47,211 nt of DNA from Bacteroidia bacterium (lineage in GTDB: Bacteria; Bacteroidota; Bacteroidia; B-17B0; Aurantibacillaceae), in NCBI GenBank assembly GCA_044340865.1, contig JBIISW010000001.1:1-47211 (forward strand), given 5' to 3'. The position numbers and the translations under genes are program-made. Within the stretch, counting starts at the first letter, position 1, and every line of letters begins with the position of its first letter. The notes beneath the pieces were generated by a model. The model ran no database searches and had not been told where the DNA came from. It worked only from the letters and a program-made list of their open reading frames with translations. Of the stretch, positions 36,547 to 45,389 are shown piece after piece.

Positions 36547-39500
36547 TTATCTAAGAAGTGTTACGTCACCGGTTTTTTTAAACTTCTTACCTGTATACAT
36601 TTCAACTTCAACTACCCAAATGTAAACACCGATAGGTTGCTCAGTTCCATTAAAAGTTCCATCCCATCCCTCTAATTGGTTAATTGTCTCAAAAATTAAT
36701 TGTCCCCAATTATTATATAATTTCACATTGATGGTTTTAAATGGTCCGCCTCTAACTAGAAAAAAATCATTTTGTCCGTCAGCATTTGGACTAAAAGCCG
36801 TTGGAACATCTGGTAATAAAACAACCATAATTTCTCTCCTAGTTGTATCAATACATCCATTAATATCTTTAACAACCAATGTGACTACAAAATTCCCAGG
36901 ATAATTATAATTATGAATCGGATTTTGAATATTAGTAGCTGTACTATCTCCAAAATACCAATTCCAATTAGTTAGAGAACTAACTCCACTTGATAAATCT
37001 ATAAAATTTGCAGATTCGAGTGCTTCTACTGGGTTAGGATTTACACTGAAATTTGCTGTTGGGCCAGGTATTACATTCACTACTTTAACTAATGTATCTT
37101 TACAACCAAATGAAGACGTTACAATTAATGAAACTGAAAAAGTTGTTGCAGTCGCAAATGCATGCTGTGGATTTTGATGTCCTGAAGTATAAAAATCACC
37201 AAAATTCCAATTCCATGAAATTAAACTTCCAGATAAAGTTTTTGAAGAATCTACAAACTGAGTTATATTACCCAGGCAAGGTGTGTTTTGAAAAAATAAA
37301 GCTTCAGGTAAAAAATAAATCGTTATTGGCTTTTTTATGGTATCGTTACATCCATTTGAGGAATAAGCCACATGGCTAACAGTATATGTGCCAGGTGTTG
37401 TATAAATATGGTTAACCGTATTTGCAGCACCGAAAAATCCATCGCCAAAATCCCACCAATATGTGGTTAATGAACCGATTGAAGTACTAGAATTATCATT
37501 AAAAACCGCACTTTTATAAACACATTCGTTATTGGAAATAAAATTTGCGACTGGTGCTGCTTTAAAATTAATTTTTAAAGTGTCTGAAATAGCACTACAG
37601 CCTTTATTAAACGTTGAAGTCAATAATAAATTAACAGATCCATTTGAAATATCTAAAGCAGAGGGTTGATAAAACGAAGTTAATAATGAATCATTAGGAA
37701 TAAAAACACCCGTACCAAAAGTTGACCAAACACCAGAATTTGTAACTCCTGTAACTGTTCCATTAATTGGAACGACTTGATTGTCGCAAAATAAATTATC
37801 AATCCCTGCATTAACTATAGCAGATTTTACAATTACTAAAAGCAATGTATCTCTAACAGGTAAACAAGATGAACCTGTAGAGGTTAGCACTAATTTAACT
37901 TGACCAGCAAGCGTATCAGCACTTCCTAATGTATATATTGTATTTAGAGAGGTTGAACTTGCAAATGTTCCACTTCCGGTCGTAGTCCATATACCTGTGC
38001 TTGCTCCAGCAGAAACATTTCCATTTAAATTATAAAAAATATTACTTGAACATATGGTATCATTTATACCCGCATTTACAATTGGAGAAGGGGTTACAAA
38101 AATATTCAAACTATCAAATACAGATAAACAATTTCCATTAAAGGTTGAAGATAACTTAATTGTAACACTTCCATTAGCAATGTCAGCTGGTGTAAGTTGA
38201 TATATTGAACTTAAACTCGCAGTAGAAGGCGAGAATAATCCTGATCCACTGGTCGTCCATAATCCAGTTGTTGAACCTCCTGTTACAGTTCCTGTTACTG
38301 CTACCGTAGGATTATTTGCACATACTAAAACATCTGGACTTAAAATTACAACAGGAGCATTCGTAAAATTTATTTTTAAACTATCAAAGGTGTTTGGACA
38401 ACTATTAAAACTTCCTGAAGAGGTTAAACTAAGAGTAACACTGCCTGCTAATAAATCTAATGGTGAAGGCAGATAGGTTGTATTTAACGATCCAATACTT
38501 CCAAAAGAACCTGAACCAGAACTTGTCCAATTGGCACCGGCCGCATAATTTAAAGTCCCATTAAGTGATACTGGACTAATATTATTTTTACAAAGGGTGA
38601 AACTTGAACCAGCTGTAACAGTTGGAGATTTAAATATATTCAACGTCATTGTATCCGAAATAGGATTGCAATTTCCTGTTGAAGATAGAACAAATTTAAG
38701 CTCTGAAAGGCTTAAATCTCCTATACTAAGTGAATATGTAGTATTTAAACTTGTTGTACTTGCAAAAGAACCTGTTCCTCCAATTGCTGTCCAAATACCT
38801 GTTGTTGAACCGCCTTCAATATTACCAACTAAATTAATAGTTGAGGTTGAAGTACAAATATTTTGATTAGGTCCAACAGTTGTTTTAGTTTTCCTTAAAA
38901 AAGAAGACATATAATGATAATAACAACCACCAGTAGGATTGCCATTAAATACACCTAATGCAAAAAAAGGTTCAGATGTATTTGTATTAGTGATTAAACT
39001 GGTTATTCCAATTGGAACTTCTGAAAGTGAATAATTCCTTTGAAATCCACTCCAAATTCCACTTGTTCCGGGAACAACCGTAAATTGAGATGCTGGAATT
39101 AGTGCACTACTTCCATTCAACTTAAAATCATTAATAGCAGATGTTTTACAAAGTACATTCAATAAAAAATTATAATTATTAGTCCTTGTAAAACTAATTT
39201 GATTTGAACCAGCACAATTTAATGGAGGTAAAATTGCCTCGCCTAACTCACAACCAAAACCACTTGCGTGTATAACATAAAATGGTTTATCGCCTTTAAC
39301 ATGTGTTAATCCTTGCGTAGCTTTATAAAAATAGGTGTCACCTTTATTAAGATAAACTATTGTAACGGTTCCATCATTTACCGTTAATTGTGTAAAATTT
39401 TGTGTTGCCACTGCATAGAAGCCTTCAAACTGATTTGCACTCAAAGCACCTTTGTTAATAACGTATTCGTTACCAATAACCTCAACTGGCACAATTTGAT

Positions 39501-40245
39501 CACCCATCATATCAGCACATGCTAAAACACCCATCACCGAATCGTCAGTCACTGTTACTGAAATTGGTTTATCGGCAACTATTATAGTACCACTTAAATT
39601 TTGTCCTAAAACGGATGTGAAAATACTTGCATTATCTATATTATAACTTTGGCCATAATTTAATGAAATAGAATACGTAATTCCAGCTAAATGACCAATG
39701 ATATTGCACCTTGGAGTTATCCAAACTGTTGTTAAATTTTGAGTTGCAACAATACTTATCTGAGATTTTGCTAATGGAGAAAAGCCTCCGTTATTACCAT
39801 TAGTTTGAAATGGACATAAAAATTCTAATCCCATTCCATTTTGACCTTTTAATGAAAACGTTTCTGGATTCAATGGTGTTGCACCCGAAGTGGTAATTTC
39901 ATAAACTATTGTAATAGGATTGTTAGATGAAATTTTTAAACCGCGGTTGAAAATAGTATTTGCTGGTGTGTTTTCAATTGATCCAATGATGTGAGATAAT
40001 GATTTAGAAAATAAAGAATTCGCCGCAATTGTAAATGTTGTATCGTAAGTACCTGCAGGTTGTCTAACTCTAACAATAGTTGGGCTAGAAAATGTTGAAA
40101 TACGCAAAATAACAGGTTTATTTCCAGAATGGCCTGGAGTAACCCAAGGTGCTGCAAACCAAAAAACGGTATCAATTTGACTAATTAAAGTATTTTGAAA
40201 TGTCAGAAGTATGAATAGCAAAATTTTATTTAAGTTCTTCCTCAT
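36547..40245 (-). CDS. Gliding-motility-associated C-terminal domain (T9SS type B sorting domain) giant surface protein, paralog 1 (1232 aa)
   Basis: Signal peptide. A ~430-aa N-terminal domain is shared with paralog 2. Then five ~88-aa Cys-bracketed repeats, three PKD-like domains (WWDFGDG, WNWNFGDF, WNWYFGDS), and the C-terminus PTAFSPNADGQNDFFLV...LYNNWGQLIFE...GWDGTFNG...PIGVYIWVV...GDVTLLR (type B CTD). Confidence 0.85.
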   Translation of the reverse strand: MRKNLNKILLFILLTFQNTLISQIDTVFWFAAPWVTPGHSGNKPVILRISTFSSPTIVRVRQPAGTYDTTFTIAANSLFSKSLSHIIGSIENTPANTIFNRGLKISSNNPITIVYEITTSGATPLNPETFSLKGQNGMGLEFLCPFQTNGNNGGFSPLAKSQISIVATQNLTTVWITPRCNIIGHLAGITYSISLNYGQSYNIDNASIFTSVLGQNLSGTIIVADKPISVTVTDDSVMGVLACADMMGDQIVPVEVIGNEYVINKGALSANQFEGFYAVATQNFTQLTVNDGTVTIVYLNKGDTYFYKATQGLTHVKGDKPFYVIHASGFGCELGEAILPPLNCAGSNQISFTRTNNYNFLLNVLCKTSAINDFKLNGSSALIPASQFTVVPGTSGIWSGFQRNYSLSEVPIGITSLITNTNTSEPFFALGVFNGNPTGGCYYHYMSSFLRKTKTTVGPNQNICTSTSTINLVGNIEGGSTTGIWTAIGGTGSFASTTSLNTTYSLSIGDLSLSELKFVLSSTGNCNPISDTMTLNIFKSPTVTAGSSFTLCKNNISPVSLNGTLNYAAGANWTSSGSGSFGSIGSLNTTYLPSPLDLLAGSVTLSLTSSGSFNSCPNTFDSLKINFTNAPVVILSPDVLVCANNPTVAVTGTVTGGSTTGLWTTSGSGLFSPSTASLSSIYQLTPADIANGSVTIKLSSTFNGNCLSVFDSLNIFVTPSPIVNAGINDTICSSNIFYNLNGNVSAGASTGIWTTTGSGTFASSTSLNTIYTLGSADTLAGQVKLVLTSTGSSCLPVRDTLLLVIVKSAIVNAGIDNLFCDNQVVPINGTVTGVTNSGVWSTFGTGVFIPNDSLLTSFYQPSALDISNGSVNLLLTSTFNKGCSAISDTLKINFKAAPVANFISNNECVYKSAVFNDNSSTSIGSLTTYWWDFGDGFFGAANTVNHIYTTPGTYTVSHVAYSSNGCNDTIKKPITIYFLPEALFFQNTPCLGNITQFVDSSKTLSGSLISWNWNFGDFYTSGHQNPQHAFATATTFSVSLIVTSSFGCKDTLVKVVNVIPGPTANFSVNPNPVEALESANFIDLSSGVSSLTNWNWYFGDSTATNIQNPIHNYNYPGNFVVTLVVKDINGCIDTTRREIMVVLLPDVPTAFSPNADGQNDFFLVRGGPFKTINVKLYNNWGQLIFETINQLEGWDGTFNGTEQPIGVYIWVVEVEMYTGKKFKKTGDVTLLR
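37552..38882 (-). repeat. Five tandem ~88-aa protein repeats inside paralog 1
   Basis: Each unit reads [VI]xAGxxxxxCxxxxxxxLxGxVxGGxxTGxWTxxGxGxFxxxxxLxxxYxxSxxDxxxGxVxLxLTSTxxxxCxxxxDxxxIxxxxxP. Confidence 0.6.
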
Positions 40246-41200
40246 TTTGTTTTTTTAATTTTGAACGAATACTATTATCAATATCATTAAATTCTAATTC
40301 ATCTGCATTTAGTTTTTTCTTCTTTTTTATAAATTGATAAGAAATAGATAGTTCATTTGAACCCTTTGTGTATTTCATTATTTTAGAAGTTGTATAATCG
40401 TAAGCAAATGCAATCGTTAATTTTTCTTTTACAATAATTCCAACTAATGCACTTAACGCATCATTCATTCGATAGGATGTTCCAATCCAAAATATATTCT
40501 TATAAATTCCTCTTACGCTAATTTCAGGCTGAATAATAGCAGGATAATTAAACTTCACCAATGCACTTGGTTGGATTGCTAAGTTCTTATTTGCTCTAAT
40601 AGAATAACCAAGTGTAGAATAAAAATGTGGTGTTAAACTGCTTCGCGAATCTTTCCAAGTTATTTTATTGGATAAATATTGGTAGCTTGAAATACCAAAA
40701 AAAAGTTTATCGCTGTATAAATAAAAACCAGCATTTGAATCAAAAACATTATTTGTAAGTAAATTACCAGTTAACAAATCATCGCCAGCATCTGCTATTT
40801 TAGCATCGTACAATTTTATACGATATTGAAGCATGCCAGCCGAAATACCGAAACTTATTTTATATTGATTATTCAATTTTAAATGATAAGCAAACGTTAC
40901 ATAACTTGATGTTTTAGAAAGTAATCCTGTATTTTCAGAATTTATAAAAAAACCAAGTCCAACTTTCTTTTCTTTTCCAATACTATTATGAACACTCAAT
41001 AAGTATGTTGAGGGTGCATCTTGAAAACCCACCCATTGATTTCTGTAATTTAGATTAACAACAGAATGTGGTTTAGATCCAGCAATAGCAGGATTATAAG
41101 CATAGCTATTTAATAGATAATTTGTAGATAATTGAAGTTGCTGAGCCTTTAAATTAAACACAGCAAGTATCAAAAATATAATTAAAACACCTTTTCTCAT
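40226..41200 (-). CDS. PorP/SprF family T9SS membrane protein (copy 2)
   Basis: Signal peptide then AQQLQLSTNYLLNSYAYNPAIAGS. Length is 324 aa. Its last 20 nt overlap the start of paralog 1. Its start lies 1 nt after the stop of paralog 2. Confidence 0.85.
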   Translation of the reverse strand: MRKGVLIIFLILAVFNLKAQQLQLSTNYLLNSYAYNPAIAGSKPHSVVNLNYRNQWVGFQDAPSTYLLSVHNSIGKEKKVGLGFFINSENTGLLSKTSSYVTFAYHLKLNNQYKISFGISAGMLQYRIKLYDAKIADAGDDLLTGNLLTNNVFDSNAGFYLYSDKLFFGISSYQYLSNKITWKDSRSSLTPHFYSTLGYSIRANKNLAIQPSALVKFNYPAIIQPEISVRGIYKNIFWIGTSYRMNDALSALVGIIVKEKLTIAFAYDYTTSKIMKYTKGSNELSISYQFIKKKKKLNADELEFNDIDNSIRSKLKKQNEEELK

Positions 41201-41201
41201 T

Positions 41202-44200
41202 TTATCTAATTAATAAAACTGAACCTTTTATCTGTTCGCTATTATTTGAATCATGTAAATTAATAACATAATAATAATTTCCAACAGGCAAATCGTGACC
41301 ATTAAACCTCCCGTTCCATTGCTCATTATAACCAACAGAATGAAATATATTTTGTCCCCAAACATTAAAAATATCAACTTCTGTTTGAGGATACAAAATT
41401 GAAATAAAATCTAATTTCCAAATATCATTTTTTCCATCTCCATTTGGTGATATAGCATTTGGAATTAGTGAGGATATTTCATTTGTAATATTATTGATAC
41501 GAACAGCTAGCCTCGCTGTATCGGAACATCCATAATTATCATAAGCAATTTGAGTTATTACATAAACACCATTAGAATAATAAACTTGAGATGCATTTTG
41601 AGTTAAAATATTTTGGATTCCATTTCCGAAATTCCAATTCCATTGCGATGTATATTTTGAAGTGTCGATGACATTAACGTTTGTTCCGACAGTTAATCCT
41701 GATGATATGGAATAAGCGAACCCGGCAATGGGTCTTGGACTCAAATTTGTTTGCTTTACGATGGTATCTTTACATCCGTGATTTGAAGTTGTAATTAATG
41801 TAATATTATAAAGTCCTGAACCAGGGAATAATTGAATAGGATTCTGTAAATTACTAATACCTGGTCCACCAAAATCCCAAAAATATTGTGTAATCGTTTC
41901 AGGTGATGCAATTATAGTACTATCAGAAAAAATAAGATTTAAAAATGCTCCAGTACAAATTCTACCAATTCCAAAATTTGAATTTGGTAAAGGAAAAATT
42001 GTAGTTACCCTTTTAATTGTATCTCTGCAACCGTAAGAATTTTGAGCAACCAGTTGTGTTGTAAAAGTTCCTGAACTCGTATACGTATGGACTGGATTTT
42101 GTAGGTTGCTCGATGTAAAATCTCCAAAATTCCAATTCCATTGTGTTATCCCACCGACACCAGCAATTGAATAATCTGTATAAAGAGTTTGCTGATTTAA
42201 GCATACATCATAAAAATTAAAATTAGCAAATGGCTTTGGAACAAAATTAATTTTAACAATATCTGAACTTGCATTACAATTACCATTAGCGGTTGAAGTC
42301 AATAATAAAAAGACGTAACCAGCTGAAACTTCAGCAGCACTTGGTGTATACGTAGAATTTAAAACAGCATTACTCGGTAAATAAGTTCCAGCTCCGCCTG
42401 TCCAAACTCCTGTTGTTGTTGGACCAGAAACAGTGCCAGATAAAACTGAATTTACATTGTTTTTACAAATAAATAAATCCACTCCTGCATTAACACTTGG
42501 TGGGGATGTGAAAACAACTAAAATACTATCTTTTGAAGGGTTACAGGTTAAATTATTTGTTGATGAAAGGTATAATGAAATTTGCCCTGCTGCAACATCT
42601 GCAGAACTTGGAAAATAATTTGTATTCAATATGATATTACTTGGACTAAAATTTCCAGAGCCACTTGTTGTCCATTTTCCTGTGGTTGTTAATCCTCCAA
42701 CAATTCCATTTACGGTTAAAGTCGGATTATTTGCACAAACTGAATAGCTTACTGGACCAGCATTTACAAAAGGTGCAGGTGTAATTGTAATTTTCATTGT
42801 ATCCCTCTCTAAGGAACAAATGCCACTTCCAGTAGACGTTAAAATCAATTTAACTGAACCAGAAGCTATATCTGATACACTTAGCAAATACATAGCATTA
42901 AGTGCTAAATTATTTGGCACAAAAGTTCCTGTTCCTGTGCTGTTCCATATACCTGTAGAAGCTCCACCAATAATAGAACCATTCAAATTTACAGTTCCAA
43001 TATTTGCACAAATAATTTGATCAACCGATGCATTAACGATCGGTGATGGTTTAACAGACAATAATAATGTGTCTTTAGTAATAGGGCACGGACCGTTAGA
43101 TGTTAAGTATAGTTTAACTGGTTTAACTGTGGTATCTATTTGGCTGGGGATATAGGTATTTGATAAAACTGAAAGCGAAGACGTAAATGAACCAAAACCA
43201 TTGGTTGACCAAGTTCCTAAAACATTACCACCTCCAATAATTCCATTCAATTGAATACTTCCGTTCGCGCAAATGGTATAATCTGCACCAGCATTAATTA
43301 ACGCTTGAGTAGAAAAATCAGAAATATAAGCATATGCACTGCCATTTGCATGAGAACCATTTAAAATTCCCAAACCAAAAATATCTCCAGAATTAGTAAT
43401 CGTATTATGAGATCCAACGGGGATTGTTGCCGTATTGAAATACAATTTTGAAGTTTTAATTAACCCAGAAGAACCAGGAACAACTGTAAATGATGAAGAT
43501 GGGATTAATAATGGATTACCATTTAAAGAAAAATTGCCTTCAAATCCTGAACGTGTAAATACATTTATAGCTAAAGAATCTATCGATGTTCTTGTAAAAG
43601 AGGCTGAAAAAGTTCCTGCACAGTAAAAAGCAGGAACTTGCGCACCACTTAATCTACAACCATAACCAGAAACATGAAAAACATAAATAGGCTTATTCGA
43701 TTTAATATATGCAATTGAATTGCTTAAAGAGTAAACATGAGTTTGACTAAAATTTAAAAATGGTGTAAGTGTTGTTGTACCATCATTAATGGTAAGTTGA
43801 GTTCCATTTTGAGTAGCCAAAATAAATACTTTATCAACACTTCCAGCTCCTTTATTAATAATATAATCAGTACCTATAAAAGTAGAATTAGTAATTTGAT
43901 CCCCTACACTGCTTCTACAACCAAATTGACTTAATCCGCTTGATTGAATAGAAATTGCAATTGGATTATTTGATGAAACAATTGAACCAGCTAGACTTGT
44001 AGATGCACTTCTGGAAGAGTCTTGACAAGAAAAGGTTTGTCCACGTTGAAGCAATAGGGTAAATGTAACGTTAGCGAGATGGCCAATGATGTTTGTTTTC
44101 GGAGTAATTAAAACAGTAGTTGTGTTTTGTGAAGCAACAATTTCGAAGGAGGAATATGATTTTGGAGTTGTGGCAGGCAATTGGTTCCAAAATTCTTGCA

Positions 44201-44624
44201 TCGGCACGTAAAAATCTTTACCTAATGCTTTCGATCCTTTAAAAGAAAAAAATTCTTTATTAAAGTTAGCGTTTATTGAGTATAAAACGGAAATTTTTTG
44301 AGTAGATGAAACATAAAGGCCTTTATTTAAAATAGCGTTTGGAAGATTGTTTTCAATATTACTAATAAAAGGAGTTAAATTAATTGAATCAATAGAATTT
44401 GCTGGAATTACTTTAATAATAGGTAAAAAAGTTAAATCTGCAGGCTGAGATAAAGTAACCGTAGAAGGTTGATTATACGTATTGATGTATAAATAGATGG
44501 GGCGATCTCCTAAACCTTGAGAAAAATCAGGTGCAGCGAACCAAAATGCTGTATCTACTTGTGCTTTCGAATAAAAAAGAAAGCAAAGAAAGGAAATAGA
44601 AATAAATATTTTCTTAATGAACAT
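41202..44624 (-). CDS. Gliding-motility-associated C-terminal domain (T9SS type B sorting domain) giant surface protein, paralog 2
   Basis: The preferred start is Met14 of the ORF-track product (MFIKKIFISISFLCFLFYSKAQ, signal peptide); the track start is at 44663. The N-terminal domain is homologous to paralog 1 (QVDTAFWFAAP...). Then four ~89-aa repeats, three PKD-like domains (WNWNFGDF, YFWDFGGPG, WNWNFGNG), and the C-terminus IPNAISPNGDGKNDIWKL...IFNVWGQNIF...WNGRFNG...PVGNYYYVI...GSVLLIR. Confidence 0.85.
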   Translation of the reverse strand: MFIKKIFISISFLCFLFYSKAQVDTAFWFAAPDFSQGLGDRPIYLYINTYNQPSTVTLSQPADLTFLPIIKVIPANSIDSINLTPFISNIENNLPNAILNKGLYVSSTQKISVLYSINANFNKEFFSFKGSKALGKDFYVPMQEFWNQLPATTPKSYSSFEIVASQNTTTVLITPKTNIIGHLANVTFTLLLQRGQTFSCQDSSRSASTSLAGSIVSSNNPIAISIQSSGLSQFGCRSSVGDQITNSTFIGTDYIINKGAGSVDKVFILATQNGTQLTINDGTTTLTPFLNFSQTHVYSLSNSIAYIKSNKPIYVFHVSGYGCRLSGAQVPAFYCAGTFSASFTRTSIDSLAINVFTRSGFEGNFSLNGNPLLIPSSSFTVVPGSSGLIKTSKLYFNTATIPVGSHNTITNSGDIFGLGILNGSHANGSAYAYISDFSTQALINAGADYTICANGSIQLNGIIGGGNVLGTWSTNGFGSFTSSLSVLSNTYIPSQIDTTVKPVKLYLTSNGPCPITKDTLLLSVKPSPIVNASVDQIICANIGTVNLNGSIIGGASTGIWNSTGTGTFVPNNLALNAMYLLSVSDIASGSVKLILTSTGSGICSLERDTMKITITPAPFVNAGPVSYSVCANNPTLTVNGIVGGLTTTGKWTTSGSGNFSPSNIILNTNYFPSSADVAAGQISLYLSSTNNLTCNPSKDSILVVFTSPPSVNAGVDLFICKNNVNSVLSGTVSGPTTTGVWTGGAGTYLPSNAVLNSTYTPSAAEVSAGYVFLLLTSTANGNCNASSDIVKINFVPKPFANFNFYDVCLNQQTLYTDYSIAGVGGITQWNWNFGDFTSSNLQNPVHTYTSSGTFTTQLVAQNSYGCRDTIKRVTTIFPLPNSNFGIGRICTGAFLNLIFSDSTIIASPETITQYFWDFGGPGISNLQNPIQLFPGSGLYNITLITTSNHGCKDTIVKQTNLSPRPIAGFAYSISSGLTVGTNVNVIDTSKYTSQWNWNFGNGIQNILTQNASQVYYSNGVYVITQIAYDNYGCSDTARLAVRINNITNEISSLIPNAISPNGDGKNDIWKLDFISILYPQTEVDIFNVWGQNIFHSVGYNEQWNGRFNGHDLPVGNYYYVINLHDSNNSEQIKGSVLLIR
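42231..43301 (-). repeat. Four tandem ~89-aa protein repeats inside paralog 2
   Basis: Same repeat family as in paralog 1 (for example IVNASVDQIICANIGTVNLNGSIIGGASTGIWNSTGTGTFVPNNLALNAMYLLSVSDIASGSVKLILTSTGSGICSLERDTMKITITPAP). Confidence 0.6.
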
Positions 44625-44685
44625 ATATTTTTCAAAGATAAAACAGTTTTTATAAACGACCAAAATATAATTACAAAAATTTTAC

Positions 44686-44716
44686 AATTTAACAAATACT
44701 AAATAATTGTTAAATT
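44686..44716. promoter_or_regulatory. Perfect 10-bp inverted repeat, candidate TetR operator
   Basis: AATTTAACAA (44686-44695), 11-nt spacer, TTGTTAAATT (44707-44716). It lies 57-87 nt upstream of the TetR start, in the divergent intergenic region. Confidence 0.4.
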
Positions 44717-44728
44717 TTAACAGGAAAC

Positions 44729-44759
44729 TTGTAGAACAAAAATAGTTTATTTAGTTTTG
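44729..44759 (+). promoter_or_regulatory. Candidate Bacteroidota-type promoter (-33 TTG / -7 TAnnTTTG) for the TetR-TolC-adaptor operon
   Basis: TTG at 44729-44731, a 20-nt spacer, then TAGTTTTG at 44752-44759. The ATG is at 44773. Confidence 0.3.
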
Positions 44760-44772
44760 TATTCGAAAAAAA

Positions 44773-45387
44773 ATGGACGCACAAGAAAAAATATTAAAAA
44801 TATCCCTCGATTTATTTTTTAAATACGGAATAAAACGTGTTACCATGGATGATATAGCCAAGGAATTAGGCATGTCTAAGAAAACAATCTACCAGTTTTA
44901 CAAAGAAAAAGATGAACTAGTTGATCAATTATGCCAAATTGAAATGCTGAAGCAAGAAAAACTTTTTAAAGAAATTAATGATTTAGCTATAGACCCTATT
45001 CATGAATTAATGCTTATCTCTTTAAAAATGAGTGATATGATGCAACATATTAATCCTATGTTTTTTATTGATCTACAAAAATATTACCCAAATGCATTCG
45101 CAACATTTCAAAAATTTAAAGAAAACTGCGCGTTTAAAGACATTCTTAGAAATGTGAAAGAAGGTAAAAAAGCAGGTATTTATCGTGCTGACATAAATGA
45201 AAATTTTGCAGCAAGGCATCGATTAGCACAAATAGATATGTTAATGTTCGGTAATTACTTTTCGTTTGAAGAAATAAGCTTTACAAAATCTAACGAACTA
45301 TTACTAGATGTTTTTGTCTATGGCATTTGTACAATTAAAGGTCATAAACTCATTAATAATTACAAAAAAATAAAAGAAGAAGAATAA
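44773..45387 (+). CDS. TetR/AcrR family transcriptional regulator
   Basis: The N-terminal HTH KILKISLDLFFKYGIKRVTMDDIAKELGMSKKTIYQFYKEKDELV is the canonical TetR_N pattern. Confidence 0.85.
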   Translation: MDAQEKILKISLDLFFKYGIKRVTMDDIAKELGMSKKTIYQFYKEKDELVDQLCQIEMLKQEKLFKEINDLAIDPIHELMLISLKMSDMMQHINPMFFIDLQKYYPNAFATFQKFKENCAFKDILRNVKEGKKAGIYRADINENFAARHRLAQIDMLMFGNYFSFEEISFTKSNELLLDVFVYGICTIKGHKLINNYKKIKEEE

Positions 45388-45389
45388 AT

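Noticed and set aside
37092-43626. Short ORFs on both strands inside the two giant T9SS cargo genes
   Set aside because: They are nested alternative-frame ORFs. The cargo frames are validated by PKD and type B CTD motifs.
36547-44624. Recent DNA-level duplication or recombination substrate between the two cargo/PorP modules
   Set aside because: Similarity is visible at protein-motif level only. Nucleotide matches are limited to short motif-encoding strings such as CCAAAATTCCAATTCCA (WNWNFG). The duplication is ancient.
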